DNA of 64,000 nucleotides, from positions 1 to 64,000 of the forward strand of contig QPGO01000017.1 in NCBI GenBank assembly GCA_008632985.1. The letters run 5' to 3'. Of the stretch, positions 49,084-62,280 are shown one piece after another; the first letter of the stretch is position 1, and every line of letters begins with the position of its first letter. The notes under the pieces are model-generated. The model was not told the origin of the DNA. It saw only the letters and a program-made list of their open reading frames with translations, and did not search any database. The DNA is from Psammoneis japonica (lineage: Eukaryota). The translations under genes were made by a program, and so were the position numbers.

Positions 49084-49743
49084 TCATGGTGGCTCTTCCT
49101 TCATTACGATATCATCGCTTGTTCCAGATGATATTATTTCCATGTAATCCTGCTGTTGTGATTCTCGTTTTTTAAATTCGTCCAAGGTTCCATTTTCCAT
49201 AGAGACAACGCCATTGGTTCCGTCGGGAATCTCTTGCATTTTCTGATCGTTCGTTTCGCTTGTCTGTCGTACATGCGAACCAACTAGTTGGAGCAACTCT
49301 TCTTGTCGCTCGTCAGACATTCGTGAATGCAAATCCTCAATCATCAAATGGATATCAACGGACTCCTGTGGCATGAAATTTAATATTTGTAGTGTCTCTG
49401 CTTCAGTCAGGTCGAAACAATCCTGTTCGTTTTCTTCATTCAAACCAGGCGATATCTTTTTCTCCTTATTTGTGTCACTTTTCTTTCTCCTGAGAGCAGC
49501 TACTAGTTGTGGCATTCTTTCAATATCTACATTTGCGCATGGTGTCGACTTAATATACGCTAGTACGTTTTCTTCGATCCAATCGCGATGCTGGAGCTGC
49601 GGGTGTTGTTTTGCTCGCTTCTTTCGAGAGGTCGACCCGTTCTCTTCTAACTTCTTTCTAGCTTCAATCCGTTCAGAGAGAATTTCCATTACTTCGATAT
49701 TGGACAGAAGCGTGGGAGAGTCGTTCTTGGAGAGTGTCTCCAT
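49084..49743 (-). CDS. RPC9: RNA polymerase III subunit RPC9/C17 (Rpb4 family)
   Basis: LLSNIEVMEIL, LTEAETLQILNFMP, HLMIEDLHSRMSDERQEELL. Confidence 0.8.
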   Translation of the reverse strand: METLSKNDSPTLLSNIEVMEILSERIEARKKLEENGSTSRKKRAKQHPQLQHRDWIEENVLAYIKSTPCANVDIERMPQLVAALRRKKSDTNKEKKISPGLNEENEQDCFDLTEAETLQILNFMPQESVDIHLMIEDLHSRMSDERQEELLQLVGSHVRQTSETNDQKMQEIPDGTNGVVSMENGTLDEFKKRESQQQDYMEIISSGTSDDIVMKEEPP

Positions 49744-50038
49744 TTCGGGCTGTCAGGGTGTGGTTGCGGCCGCTCGTCGGTTGACAGGCGCCCAGCACGA
49801 AGCTGACGATGTTTTCGTGTTGAGCTGGGAGATAAAGAATTTACGATGTACTTTGGGTTGAGCTCTACCGAGTGTCAGCAAAATGTTGGATGAATTGATG
49901 TTATGTAACAATGCAATTTGCCAATAGCAGTCACGCGGTTGTTGTGTCAATGTCGTTCTGTGTTCATCATTGTCACGAGTTTATTTTTTTTCATGGCGGA
50001 AAGCAAGTTGGGCCGCGTTTGGGGCGCGCAGCGCGTGA

Positions 50039-50360
50039 TACTACAAATTGCAAAACAATTGCGCGATACACGTGCCCGAAGGTCGAATATCGTTGCCCGA
50101 AGCAACATTCTTCCTTCGCGCAGATGTCCATTCTACATAGTATATGGTATTGAAAATCTCATTGTAGTCGCATGAGTCGTTGCAGTAATTTCATAAATGA
50201 CCTCTGTGGTACTGTGCTACGTGATCTACACAAATCGGACATTCTCGAATGCTGGTATATTTTCTACGGACTCTACGTGCGCGAAGCTCGAATTTCGTGC
50301 CCGAAGCAACAATCACCCTTCGGGCACGTGTATCGCGCAATTGTTCAGCAATTCGTAGTA
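50039..50360. mobile_element. MITE, ~320 bp, ~42-bp TIRs, TA flanks (Tc1/mariner-type)
   Basis: Perfect 29-bp inverted repeat AACAATTGCGCGATACACGTGCCCGAAGG at 50054-50082 and 50317-50345, extending imperfectly to TA-CTAC...GTAG-TA; internal repeat TGCCCGAAGCAACA. Confidence 0.85.
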
Positions 50361-50612
50361 GCAGACAGACGCCACATATTATGTTTTTATCAAAATGCGG
50401 CTTAGGCGATCGTGCTGTCTTTGGCTCGAGAGGACTTATTTTCAACAAAACTGATCCTCTTTTGCTCTAGACTCAAGGCGACTAGATAGATCTAGCATTC
50501 AAGAAAGCGGTATGGTATGGAAATGCATGCATACAAGGCCAAAGACAGGACGAATGCCAGATGCCTGGCAGACATCACGTCATAGCTCTCTTTTGTTACA
50601 TAACCTACTTCG

Positions 50613-51074
50613 TTATGAGAAAGGATTGACCTTGAAATGCAAGTTGATCAGAGAAAAGATCAGTGATTTGATATCTTGCGAGAGATAATAAAACGTGCCC
50701 AGCCCTTTCGGATCGGCACTGTTCTGTACATCGCTCATGCTGCCGATCTCTCCACATGTGAAAGCTAGGTGTTCGTTTCCAATCTTTATTTCGAGCTCTT
50801 GTCGTCCAGCTTCCTTCTCTGGCTCTTTCCAGTTGCTGTCGTCTACTTTTGTGATGTCGCTGTCAAGAACAATTCGACGAATTTCATCCACAACTGCAGG
50901 CGACACGAACACTTCCTTGCGAATCATTGTGTCGTGTTTGTAGTTCGAGTTGTTTGCGTATCGTAGCTTTCCACTTGGGTACAATTCAAACTCCGTAAAC
51001 TCGTGACCAAATGCCCCTTTGTGGCCAACATAAAATCGAACGTAGAAGTCATCGTGCTCTGACTCTACTGCCAT
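50613..51074 (-). CDS. MAGOH: Mago nashi exon-junction complex subunit
   Basis: [47 protein letters not shown]. Confidence 0.96.
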   Translation of the reverse strand: MAVESEHDDFYVRFYVGHKGAFGHEFTEFELYPSGKLRYANNSNYKHDTMIRKEVFVSPAVVDEIRRIVLDSDITKVDDSNWKEPEKEAGRQELEIKIGNEHLAFTCGEIGSMSDVQNSADPKGLGTFYYLSQDIKSLIFSLINLHFKVNPFS

Positions 51075-51545
51075 GTTCTCCTTGGAATTACAATGCAACT
51101 GGAAGAGAAGAAGGAGAAATCGTTAGAGTTGGTATGCTTGAAGCTTTTTGCACCTTCTTCTCGAAACTTTCACTCCAACGCTGCTTCTTTTACATTGCTC
51201 TGACAATGGATACAATTCCATGCTTAGCAAACACGTCGTCGCAGAAATCTCCAGAACATACATCACCTTGAACCTACCGATGTCCGTTGTGTTATGGGTT
51301 CTGTGGGTTATGAAGCAAGGAGGGGGGCGGCGGGGGGGAAATAGTAAAGGCTGCAATTGGTAGCTCTACTGAAGAGTGAGTGCTATACCTACTCTACAGT
51401 ACCAAAGATCAAAATCTAGCTCTAGAGGGCGGGCCGCGGGCCCCGGCCGCCGCACCAAGGCGTACTATCCATACTGTATTATTTTTCTCCCTGAGCGAGC
51501 CCTGAGATCTAATAAGACGACTCGCCACATTCATCCCGGTTCACC

Positions 51546-54419
51546 ATGTCGGAACACCAGCATGCGACAGAGAATTTGATTGATCTCCTTGTGAAGCGCG
51601 GTTACTTTCATGATGGATTGGAGACGCCATTGGCGGAGGTCGAACACGCGGAGTCCGTTGAAGGCATGAAAAGGGCACGGAAGTCGAAACGTGACGCTTA
51701 TTCTGAGACGGATGATGCCTGCTGGTTGATGTCGTCTTTGAGTAATGGATTTTACTGCACCCGATCAAAATTGTGGATGGATTTACTGAACGAGACTCGA
51801 GCTTGTGGAGGTCGGCTATCCTTAAAGGATGCAGCCATTATTTTAGGTGTCGATGTCTCCCACGTTAAACGCATGGCATCATCGATTGAAAGCGAAAACG
51901 GCTTACAAGTTGTCGGGGGCGAGCTTATAACAGAAGAGTACATGGATGAGCTAATGACTGGTATCGTCTCGCAACTTTCCTTGGCTACAAGTTTACGTGT
52001 TTCGCACTTGGCCGAGTTTGCCTGTTTGCCAAAGGATCTCATGAGTCGATTGCTGTCAGATCGCATTTCGCAAAAGGTGGTCCAAGCGAGAATAGTATCA
52101 TTAGGAGGCGTGAAGGAGGTCGTTTCTCCCATGTTCGAAGATTTGCAGCTCATCAGGGTTCGCAGTACCTTGGCGTCACTAACAGCGCCCAGCTCTCTGG
52201 ATTCCGTATGTGCTGACATGGGTTGGGAACCGTCCTTTGTTATTCCCATAGTCAGACACTTGTGCGAGAAAAGCGAAGTTCCCGGGGAACTTCATGAATC
52301 AGCATCATCTTCGTCCGGGGCAATGTATGTCCCAAAGTTCTACATCCGCATGCAACGCAAGAGCGTTGATGATTACTTCTCGCTGAATGGCTTTATATCG
52401 GCAGAAACTAGCCAATCGATGGGTCTTGCGGCACCGAGAATGGGAGACTTTGTGAAAGAATCGTTCGTAAGTCGAGCGAGGCCAATATTTGAGATTAACT
52501 TTTGTTCTTTTGTCTCAGTCTTGCTTTTGTTGCTGTGCAGCCTGATGCAGTTTCACTTCCACACTCTGTTATCAACGTAAATGTAATCGTCAGTCCGTTA
52601 GAGATCGCAGTAGGAGAGTGCATCTCAAGCAAGTCGTTTGTCGATCTGAAGTTCCACCTCCCTGTAGATTATTCAAACACAAGTGACATTGGTGAGATTG
52701 TGAATAGTATAGTCTTGCCAAAGCTGGGAAATCCTGGTGCCAATACTTGCCTGTTTCTGGCTGTGGACGGAGAAGCATTGTTTTTCAGCGGTGGCATGAT
52801 TGAAGACATAAGAAAACAGCTCATTCCTCTCGTCGAGGCATATGGAAAGTCACGGGCGGACGAGCTTCATCGTCTCGAGGAGGCAGAACTAAGTAAGACT
52901 GCATCCAAGGGCTCGAGATCAATGGATTCGGAGGATAGCACGGGTGAAAGTGGGAAAGCGAAAGTAAAAGCAAGGAGGAGAGCCACTAAAAAAGCCGCAG
53001 GCGCAAAAAGGGGGAAAGAGTCCTCAGTAGATTGTGATTTCGGGGTCGTGCCGTTGTGTGTCATCGCCAGAGACGTCGCAAGAAAGTACCCCGACTTGGC
53101 TGAAATCCAGGAAATGCACGGCCCGTTGTTTGAAGGAACCGAACAAGAGGCGCCCGTTTGGAATTCAAGTGGAGAATCCGAAGAAGCTATCACTGGTGGC
53201 CCAATCTACGAATTCTGCCGAGTTGCATTGTTCACTTCTTCTCTGCGGGAAAGTTGTCATCTAGCTGTTCAAGCTGAGTTGGATCGACTGAAAGCGATAA
53301 AAGAGGCATTTGCTCTCAGCAGTCGAAAGGACGGCGCCGCAAAGATTCGCAGCATCGAGCACGCATTTGAAGATAGCTTTCCCGCTACTTGCAACGTTGT
53401 CCTCATGTTGTCGAAGTTCATTGACTATACAGCATCGCTGGACGTCGACGAGGGATTGGTATCTGACCTAAAGAAAGACTTTCTGAGAGGATGCGCTGCC
53501 GACTTTGTTTGGCGTATCACAGAATACTGCCTATTCAAGAATGATGTGAGAGAAGGAGTTTTCGTCTTTCATCAGACGAGGGCGGCCTCTGTGTCGAGTC
53601 AGCCAGACGAGACTCTTCCTGCGTTTTGCAAACCTATGGATGCCTCTACATCCTTCTTTCCTGGTGTAATCTTGTCTTGCACTCCCGGGGACGACGGAGT
53701 TGCTCGTGAACCACTTCCAATGATACGAAAGCTTTTGTCTGGCAACGTCGGCGTTTCGCTAGCGCGGATGTGGTCCTTCTGTGGCGGAGACTGTTATCAA
53801 GGGGGTACAAAGGTTTCAGAAGATGGCTTGGAATACACGCGATCGGGAGACTACGATGGGTTTCTTAGAATCGCAAAAGATTCTTGTCTGTGCGTTCTCT
53901 TTGTGTATATTTCCACTTTGTTCGACTTTCTTGTGACTTCTTACCAACGCTCATTCCAATTCTACTTTGTCAAAACAGGACGATATGTGGTCTGCCTTTC
54001 AAGCAGCAGCTAGATAGGAAGTCCGAGAAACAAATGATGTTCATGAGAAGGCAAGAGTTGACCAAGAGACTGGAAGAAGCTTCAGATGCAAACGTTATTC
54101 TCGACACAACAGTAATGCTGTTGTTTCAGCAAGTGAGACTATGCGAGTCGTGGGCTGTACGTTCGTTCCGTTCTGATACTTACCATCTTTGCCATGTTAT
54201 TTCCTTACCCAGGTCAAGCAAATGGCGGTGTGCGGAAAGCACTTGAGTGGGATTATCCTTCGGGTTTTGACGAGAGAGAAGAAGATTCCTGGCGCAGTTT
54301 CATCCTTGTTGACAGATCTTGCAGACTGTCTCCACCGCAATGAAAAGGTCGAAACGGAACTTCTAGACGCTGTAAAGACCTGTGGTCTTTGTAGAGATAT
54401 TTCAAAACATGAAGTCTGA
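51546..54419 (+). CDS. UFL1: E3 UFM1-protein ligase 1-like; exons 51546-52466, 52541-53889, 53979-54132, 54213-54419
   Basis: GGRLSLKDAAIILGVDVSHV, GELITEEYMDEL, AMYVPKFYIRMQRKSVDDYFSLNGFI resemble the UFL1 N-terminal domain; GT-AG introns keep the frame. Confidence 0.75.
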
Positions 54420-54532
54420 GGGGTGGAGCTTCAACCCCGCTGACACAGACAGGATAGCCTCACTGTGCAAGAGCATATTATTATAGATGTGCATCATTAT
54501 TTATTTCTAGAAGAGAGAAACTTTATTACTTA

Positions 54533-55966
54533 CTATGCGCGCTTACAGTCATCTATCGTCTTCTTCGCCAAACGGTCAAGTGCAATCATTTCTAAGGACT
54601 CGTTGTTCTCGTCGGTTACCCGTAATACTTCCCCATTCAACGAAAAACGGACATAATGTTCAACTCCTGCATCTCCTGCGCCGACTTTGCTCACTTCAAT
54701 GAGTTCAATCTTCAGAAAACTACCATACTCTGGCCATTTCGCGGGTTGCTCCAGCCCATAGGCACACATAAGTCCTATCAACGTTGAATCATGCGCGCTG
54801 TAGATGTGAAGAGCGTGCTCGTCCTCACTAACTGATTGCCCTGTTTTTCGATGCATCGAGCTAACCATACGCGATACCATGTTATTCATCGCAAGGAACG
54901 CTAGTCTAGGGTGCCGAAGGTTCTCAAACCATCTCCATGCTGCGTGGGCTGATATTGCTTCTTGATCTTCATCCGATATTGATGTGGGTAGCAAATCTCG
55001 AACTTGAAGACATTTTGTTATCTCTGAAAGCTGCGCCCAGGGCAAAGGTTCTGAGAGAGAAGAAGTCGTTTCGTCCTTTTCCTCGCCAATGCCAAAGGAT
55101 ACGTCGTAAGCGCCTTCCCCGAGGATGTCGCGCAGCGCGGTCGTGCTTCGCACCGCAAGATCTCTCATCACTTCTTCCTTCTCCTTCAAATGCGGTCGCT
55201 CCGCAAGCATCACCTCGAGTTCCTCCTGCTCCTTTGTCTGACGTGGCTGTGGATCCGGTATCATAATGTTTGTGTGACGCACATCTATCTCGATCGGTTC
55301 ATTCTGTTCTTCAAAGAGCCCCACTAGCACTCCCTGAACACTTTGTATAGTCCGTGCGAAATCTGTACTGACAACCTTTACTTTGCTGGGATGAAGTGGA
55401 TTTTCTGGGTGGAACAACCGACCCTTGTGAAAGTGATGGTGCCCTTGCTCGTCCACGTGATGATCGTCGACAGCCTCCGCGTATAATTCTTCCCGTAATC
55501 TGTTTCCTAGTTCAACCATCTGGAACAACCCCATCTGTGTTAACTTCCCAAAGGCTCCACGTCCGCCAGCAGCGTGATTGGAACCCTCGGTGTTTGAAGA
55601 TTCGTCTCTGATCAACTTTGTGTTCTCTGCAATCTTGTCGAGAACATGCGGCTGGGGAAGGTGTGACTGCCAAAACGCTTCGTCATTCAGAGGCGTGATT
55701 GGTGTTCGGTCCCCGTGGCGGTGAACGATGTGAACCTGCACGACCTTGTAGATCTTTCTATCTTTCCGCAAAGAATCGCCGCCTCCTGACAAACTGAGCA
55801 GTCGATTGAAATCATCATTTACTCGTGATGACACATCGGACGACGGTTTCTTTGAATGTGAGACAAGTTTTCGAGATGGGGGGAGTCTCGCAGCTGCGAC
55901 GTGACGACCGCGCCTGGCAGCAACCAGCACAAGAGTTGCCAGCTTAAAAAGAAGTTGCCTTTTCAT
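54533..55966 (-). CDS. Histidine acid phosphatase (ACP6/lysophosphatidic acid phosphatase-like)
   Basis: RHGDRTP and SAHDST catalytic motifs, GKLTQMG, RTIQS; start placed at MKRQLLFK leader. Confidence 0.88.
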   Translation of the reverse strand: MKRQLLFKLATLVLVAARRGRHVAAARLPPSRKLVSHSKKPSSDVSSRVNDDFNRLLSLSGGGDSLRKDRKIYKVVQVHIVHRHGDRTPITPLNDEAFWQSHLPQPHVLDKIAENTKLIRDESSNTEGSNHAAGGRGAFGKLTQMGLFQMVELGNRLREELYAEAVDDHHVDEQGHHHFHKGRLFHPENPLHPSKVKVVSTDFARTIQSVQGVLVGLFEEQNEPIEIDVRHTNIMIPDPQPRQTKEQEELEVMLAERPHLKEKEEVMRDLAVRSTTALRDILGEGAYDVSFGIGEEKDETTSSLSEPLPWAQLSEITKCLQVRDLLPTSISDEDQEAISAHAAWRWFENLRHPRLAFLAMNNMVSRMVSSMHRKTGQSVSEDEHALHIYSAHDSTLIGLMCAYGLEQPAKWPEYGSFLKIELIEVSKVGAGDAGVEHYVRFSLNGEVLRVTDENNESLEMIALDRLAKKTIDDCKRA

Positions 55967-56368
55967 TCTTCTCTTGCAGGCGAGGAATTCTTTTATGGTT
56001 GCTGTCACACAAAGCAAAAGAAACTCCTGTGAAATGCCGAAACAAGGATCAAGGAGGAGCCAAATACAAGACCGACCCCCGACCCGGGTCGGCTCGGTGC
56101 GCATCGCAAAAAATTCCGAAATCTGCCACGCGTTACTGGTGACGTCATTGTTAGAACATTCTTCTCTGTTCTCCCAGTCCACGTCATCCCCAAGCTTTCC
56201 GAAATATCGGTAAAATCGTCAGAAAAAAGAAAGCTCTCGTCGTCGTAACCTTACATACCATACCGATAGACCCCTGACAATCATGGTACTGAGGGTTTGG
56301 CCGCTCTTACTAGACTACTTCTAGAAGTACCATTCTCCAATATTTTTTAGTTTTCAAGAGAAGACTCC

Positions 56369-57082
56369 ATGTTAGAAACTGTTGCAGTTCTCGCGTTGTG
56401 GGTTCTCCCATCTGCCATGGGCTTTTCTGCTCCAATCGCGGGCCTGCGTTTCGTGACACCGTCAAGGACTGAAGCGCTTCTTGCCATGCCAAACCTGCTT
56501 TCGTTGACTTTGGAGAAGCCACTAGGAATCATTTTAGAAGAGATTGAAGAGGGAGCAAGTGAAGGCGTGAAAGTTGAAGAAATAGCCGACACTGGTTCAG
56601 CGTACGAATCTGAATACCGAGACCAGCTCCTTGGCTTGAAGGTCGCTCAAGTTATGGGCGAGGACGTCACGGCTCTCAATTTTGACAGAGTAATGGAAAA
56701 ACTTATCGACGCGCCTTCTCCCCTTACGATTGAATTTGAACTTCCTGAGGAAGTGGCGCCCCCCAAATACGAAGTTGGAACCTCGGTTACTATAAACGTC
56801 ATTCAAGAGGGGAAACCAGATATGGCTATCAACGCCAAAGTCGGCGACAATTTACGAAAAGTTTTGCTCGAGAATAATGTAGAGCTGTATCGTGGTCTCA
56901 AAAAGAAAATGGGCAATTGTGGAGGCGGCGGCCAGTGCACGTTCTGTGCGGTAGATTTTAAAGAGAACGACGGATGGGAACCGAGATCAGACTACGAAGA
57001 AAGCAAAATTGGAAAATACCCGACCGCACGTTTAGCATGCATGAACAATATTCAGGGACCTGCGACGATTAGGATACAATAG
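56369..57082 (+). CDS. PDZ-like plus 2Fe-2S ferredoxin protein, probably plastid-targeted
   Basis: Leader ending AMGFSAP; LEKPLGIILEE (PDZ-like); NCGGGGQCTFC...RLAC. Confidence 0.88.
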   Translation: MLETVAVLALWVLPSAMGFSAPIAGLRFVTPSRTEALLAMPNLLSLTLEKPLGIILEEIEEGASEGVKVEEIADTGSAYESEYRDQLLGLKVAQVMGEDVTALNFDRVMEKLIDAPSPLTIEFELPEEVAPPKYEVGTSVTINVIQEGKPDMAINAKVGDNLRKVLLENNVELYRGLKKKMGNCGGGGQCTFCAVDFKENDGWEPRSDYEESKIGKYPTARLACMNNIQGPATIRIQ

Positions 57083-57104
57083 TAATAGTAGAGCTCAACG
57101 ACTC

Positions 57105-60100
57105 CTATTCATTGTTTGTTTCCGTAGGACTATCGAAACCATGTGACTGTGGCTTCACACCATCCTCCCTAGCCTGCCGCATGTGCGACTTCAACACGAC
57201 AAGTTTCTTCCTTGTAGCTTGCAGTTGCTGAGCCATGGCTTCAGCTACAGTCATTTGATACGCCATTGCCCGCGTTGCGCTGGTTGCACATGCCCAGTGT
57301 CTAAAAGCCTTCCTACTGAAGCCTTTCTCCGACTCTCGAGTATCTGGCACACGATTCTTGCGCTCGCGGATTTCATCGCACTATGAGCAGCTCCGACTTT
57401 ATCATCATCCGACTGCCTTCTAGATTGCGCTACCTTTGAAACTCGGTCGATGTCTTCGGCTTGCTCTCTCATGAGATTTTCAGATCTAACTCGAGATATC
57501 GTGGACTGGAGAATTTGTACGTGTGCCTTGAGGTGATCAATATGATTATCTCGTTCTCGAAGATCATGCTCCATGCTCTTGGAAGCAACGACTTGTGAAG
57601 ACAACAATTCTCGACTCTCGCCCTCCTGTTGTAGAGAGCGTTGGTACTCACACTTTAACAGCCTGTTCTCTTCCAAAGCTTTTTCAGTGACTGTTCGTGC
57701 TTCGTCCACTTCTCTTTGCAACATCGCATTCCGTGCTTCGACCGATTCATGAGAAGAAGACTTTGCAAGGAGGGAGCCTTGTAGCTCGCTGACAACTTCC
57801 TTCAGTGCGCCAATTTGCTCGTTAAGGGAATCCGCATCTCGCTTTGACTGCTGTGAGACGTTTGTATCGCTTGTATTGATGCCTTCTGCTCCGCGATAAG
57901 CTTCAACGCGTTTTCGAGCTCGCTCTTGGCGTATTCGCTTTCCGATTGAGCTTCCGTGAGTTTCTGATTGCTTTTAGTTGCCTCTTGGGTGATACTACGG
58001 AGCTTGTCCTCGCACGTACTGAGGTTCTCCACGAGGCCGTCAATCTTCCGTTTAGAAGCTCCAACCTGCGTCTGTGACGATGTCAACTGATCCTCGAGTT
58101 TTGATACCTGATCTCGAAGACCACCAATCTGTGCCTCAAATTGTTTCCGTGATACCTCCTGCTGATCGTGGAGAGCAGCGATTTCGTTGTCGCGAACGGT
58201 TATTTCGTTGCGTAAAGACACCATGTCGCTCTCGCATTGCTTTAGGTCGCGTTGAAGCAACAACGCTTCGCCAGCTTTTTTCTCCGCATCAGTGACAGCC
58301 GAATCGCATCGCTCCTCGGCATCTCTCAGAGATTCCCTCAGAGATTTAGTATACGCATCATAGCGCGACTCTCTTTCTTTGCTTGCTGCCTTCATATCGC
58401 TGATTTCAGACTCATAAACTCGGCGCCTTTTCTTCATCTCCTCGTTCTCTTGCTGTTGCTGCTCAAGTGACAATTCAAGCGCGGCTACTGCATGTTGTAG
58501 ATCAGCGATTTCTTCCCCAAGATGTTTCTCGGTATCTAGCGACCACTTCGATCTCTCCTCCAGTTGTTTGATCGATTCCATCTGCTCCAGAATACGAGCA
58601 CGAGCTTCGTTGACTTCGTTTTCGGCATTTCTCAGCTGTAATTCAACAACTGGCAGCCTTCTACTTTCCTCTCTGGCTGCTTTCAAGTTCGATTCGAGTT
58701 GGTCTTCCAAAGACAAAATTGTTTGCTTCAACTCTTTCACGCAACCCTGTGAAGAGGCCAACGCTTCTGCCTTAGCTTCGGCTTCGTCATGGAGCGATGA
58801 GACCTGCAGTTCGAAATCGTTTCTTGATTTCAGCGCTTCACCACGAAGTACTTCAAGATTAGATTCTAAATCGCTGACAACTTCTCGCAACGACGCTAAT
58901 TCACTTTCCCTCGTGCTCAAATCACGTTGAAGCCCAGACAGCTCCTTGCTTTTGTCGCCCAAATTGGTCAAAGCAACATTTCTTTCCGTCTCTATGTTGA
59001 TGATCGTTTGTTTTAACTCTCGTACAATGGACTCGGACGCATCTTCGTTCTCTTTCAATTTCCTTGTAAGTTCAAGTATCTCCAAGTCATCCCTAGCTTT
59101 TGATCGAGAACAAATATCAAGCTGCGTCTGCATGCGAGATGCAGCGTTTTGCTGATTTAGCAAATCGGCATTCAGCACGCCAATATGATCGTCCAAAGTC
59201 TTCTGCGCAGACTTTGCTTCCCGTAGTTTTTCTTCAATCTTCTTGTTCGTGTTTACGAGAAGGTTCACTTCGCGCGACATCGCTTCAAGATCACTCTCGA
59301 GGCTTTTCACTCTACGATAATGTTGAACGGCTTCGGTTCGAGCTTCCCTCAAGTGAAAGTCAGATTTGGAAAGAGCGTTTTCTAGGTGGCAGCACTTCAT
59401 CCCAAGTTCCGTCTTCGAGAGCTCCATCCACCTTTGAAACGTGACAGGCGATGACACAAGTGCTCCAGTACATCCTATGCCATCGTATTCAAGCGATGCG
59501 GTTCCATCGACATCTTCGGTACTGTCGCAAATATTTTGAAGCTGTTCGATGCAATCATCCCTCTTTCGAATTGCTTCGTCCTTCTCCCTCGATAAATCGA
59601 CAATTTGTTTTTCCAAAGAAAGTATCACACGATCCTTTTCGCGTAAGAAAAAAGCTGAGGCCTCCTTGTCAAATATCTCCAGGTTACCAATCTTCTCTTC
59701 GTAGAAATTTTTCGATCGAGCCAATGATTCAGTCAGTTCGGCAACGCGGGTGTTCGATTTCTTCAGCTTTTCTTCTAAACGAATGAGTTCCTCGTCCTTT
59801 TCCTCTAGACGCTCTTTCAAGTGTTCGCATAAAACTCCGTCATCACCGTTCCGTCGAACGGCTTTGATTGCCGTGTTGGTGGATGAGAACTCTTTTGCAA
59901 TTTGCGACTCTAGTTCCGTAGCCAGCTGCCTCGCATTCTCAAGCTCAGAATCCTTAGAAATCAATAATCGGGTTTTCTCGCCAATTTCAGTCTTCAAAGC
60001 GTCGCTTTCTGCCTTGAGGCCATCAACCATCTGCATTGAAACTCGAAGGCCGTCGTCTTTCTCCTTTAGCTCTTGTCGAAGGATGATAATTTCTTCTTCG

Positions 60101-62127
60101 TATTCCTCGTTCTTGCATCGGGGCCCTACTGAAAGTTTCTCATCGCCATTTTTCTCTTCCTCAACGACAGACGCATTTTTTTTAGCATCTGAGAGGTCCC
60201 TTCGGAGCGATTCGCATTCCAACTCAAGCGCTTCAATGCGACTTTTCATGTTACGTTCCCTTACGCAATACTTGTCGATTTCTTTGAGACAGCAATCCCG
60301 TTCGTCTTTAAGAGAATCAAGAGCGCTGCTCTGAGTATCTAGCTCCATCGAATTCGTTGACAACTGAACTCGTACTTTCTCCAGGTCGGAGGCAAGTCGA
60401 TTCATATGAGCTCTGGAGGAGGCCAATTCTTGTTCCAGTTCAAGTTGTGCCTTGGGAGGGTGTTCAGTGTCCTTCCTCGCGTGACTTCTCCGTTCTTGTT
60501 CCAGCTGGTTTCGAAGCTTGTCATTCTCGCGTTCCTTACTCTGAAGACGTTGGCTCATGTCTTGCTCGGTACTCTGCAGTTGCTGAACGAGCTGTCTTTC
60601 ATTACCAAGCTCATGCATGATACGTTCAAACTCTTTTTCTTTGTCTGCCGCGAGTTTCACCGCCATTTCCTATTGAATATGGAAAGAGAGCACATGTGCA
60701 CCGTAAGCCTATGCCACATGTACAGCTTAGACTCTTAGGAAGACGTACACGAACTTACCTTCCACTTTGTTTCTGAGATCAGCTTAGCGTCCATTTCTTC
60801 TCTTGCACATCTCTCCTTGTCGGTACTGAATGCATCCAACTTTGCCTTGGCTCTGCTCAATTCGTCCAGAAGACCCATTTTCAATTTTGCCGCTTCGTCA
60901 AACTCGCTGGAAGAGTGGCCAACCAATACCTCACCAAGTTTTGTAGACACAGCCGAAGTTACGTTTGACGTCAACGAGTAAGCTGGGGTGACATGCTTTA
61001 CAATTTTCCTGAAACCCGAATCCTTCGGTGCACTTTCTTGGTAGTCTAAGATCGTCTTTACTTTCGATGGAGACAAGCAGGATATCTCTTCGGACGAAGG
61101 GCACAGCTTGTCGTGTGGCTTTGGCGAGTTGGAAACCTCGTTTGTCGATGCAACCACGCTGGACTGCGGATCCAAGTCGTTGGTTGAAGAAAGCACGGAA
61201 CAAAACATCATATTTTCTTTATCTTCCATATCTGTTCTTTCAGAAGAAGGTGAGAAGGAGACGGACTCTTCCTTTCTAGAAGTATTCTCCTCGAAAAGCG
61301 GTTGCCACACACTTCGAAATGTCAAAACGCGTCCGCTTGGGGCAGGCCATTTGAGCCTGTCAACAACATCGGGATAGTTCCAAGATATGACGTCGGTATC
61401 GTCGATAGCTGTGACTAGATCTCTATGTAGGAAAAAGAAATGGAGTTGGTGAGCTTGTGTGAGTCGCAAACGCCCAGGAGCGACGATGAGAAGGCTTACC
61501 CTGGTCGTATCTTTCCAGACTTTCGTGCTTGTCCAGGAATTTTTGGTCCTCTATCAGCGAACCTCATTACGCGACAGCCGACTTCCCTGCCCATTGTCTT
61601 GACAACAGGCTCTAGATGCAAGCCGATTGGCCCAGGAGCGAACGTCACCTTGTATTCAAGGTCACTTGCTTCGACTTCTGTGGGATCAATTATGCTTGGC
61701 GTGTTTTTTATCACAAGTACCTTAGGGTCCTTCAATGAAAGCGGCAAACGATGTGATGCGCTTTCCAAAGGTTCCTTTGCCTGGCGAGTACGTTGTTTAT
61801 AAGAGTTTTTCAGAACTTGATCGAGTCTTTTCGCGGATGGCACATTTCCCCGTGTCGCCGCTGCCTCGGCAGAAAGGTTTGCCCCAAATTTCCGCAAGGG
61901 CGTCAACGATGGCTAAAAGATACATTCGAAAATATCGTGAGTTATAGCTTGTGTGCGCGAAATACTAAAAGCAGCGGTGTTTCTCAGATACTCAGTATGA
62001 AGTTACTTCGAGCCACACTATACCGGTAGTTTTCTGTCAAACGAAAAAACGATGAACTTACCGGTACGTCTTGAAGCGATTGAGACTCAGATCTCCAATC
62101 AGTCTCCTCTGAAGAGGATTCCATCAT
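57105..62127 (-). CDS. PDZ-domain long coiled-coil protein; exons 62127-62062, 61912-61500, 61422-60759, 60669-57105, with two apparent frameshifts (~57862, ~57310)
   Basis: FAPGPIGLHLE...IRPG/DLVTAID PDZ joined across an intron; over 1000 aa of heptad-rich E/K/L/Q sequence. Confidence 0.75.
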
Positions 62128-62280
62128 GTTGAAAGTAAACGTACTAGCCCGATCTTCTCTCAATCAACGCAAAACAAAACAGTACGGTAGCGGGCAGCGG
62201 CAATTCCTTCACTTCTCATTGTAGCCTTTGGCAATCAAGGAAATGGAATATTATTTGTCGGCCAGCAAATAGATACCCAT

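Noticed and set aside
22515..57870. Programmed -1 ribosomal frameshifting as a shared system
   Set aside because: The three sites (TTA AAC, CAA ACG, GGA AGG) share no slippery heptamer or evident downstream structure; homopolymer error is simpler.
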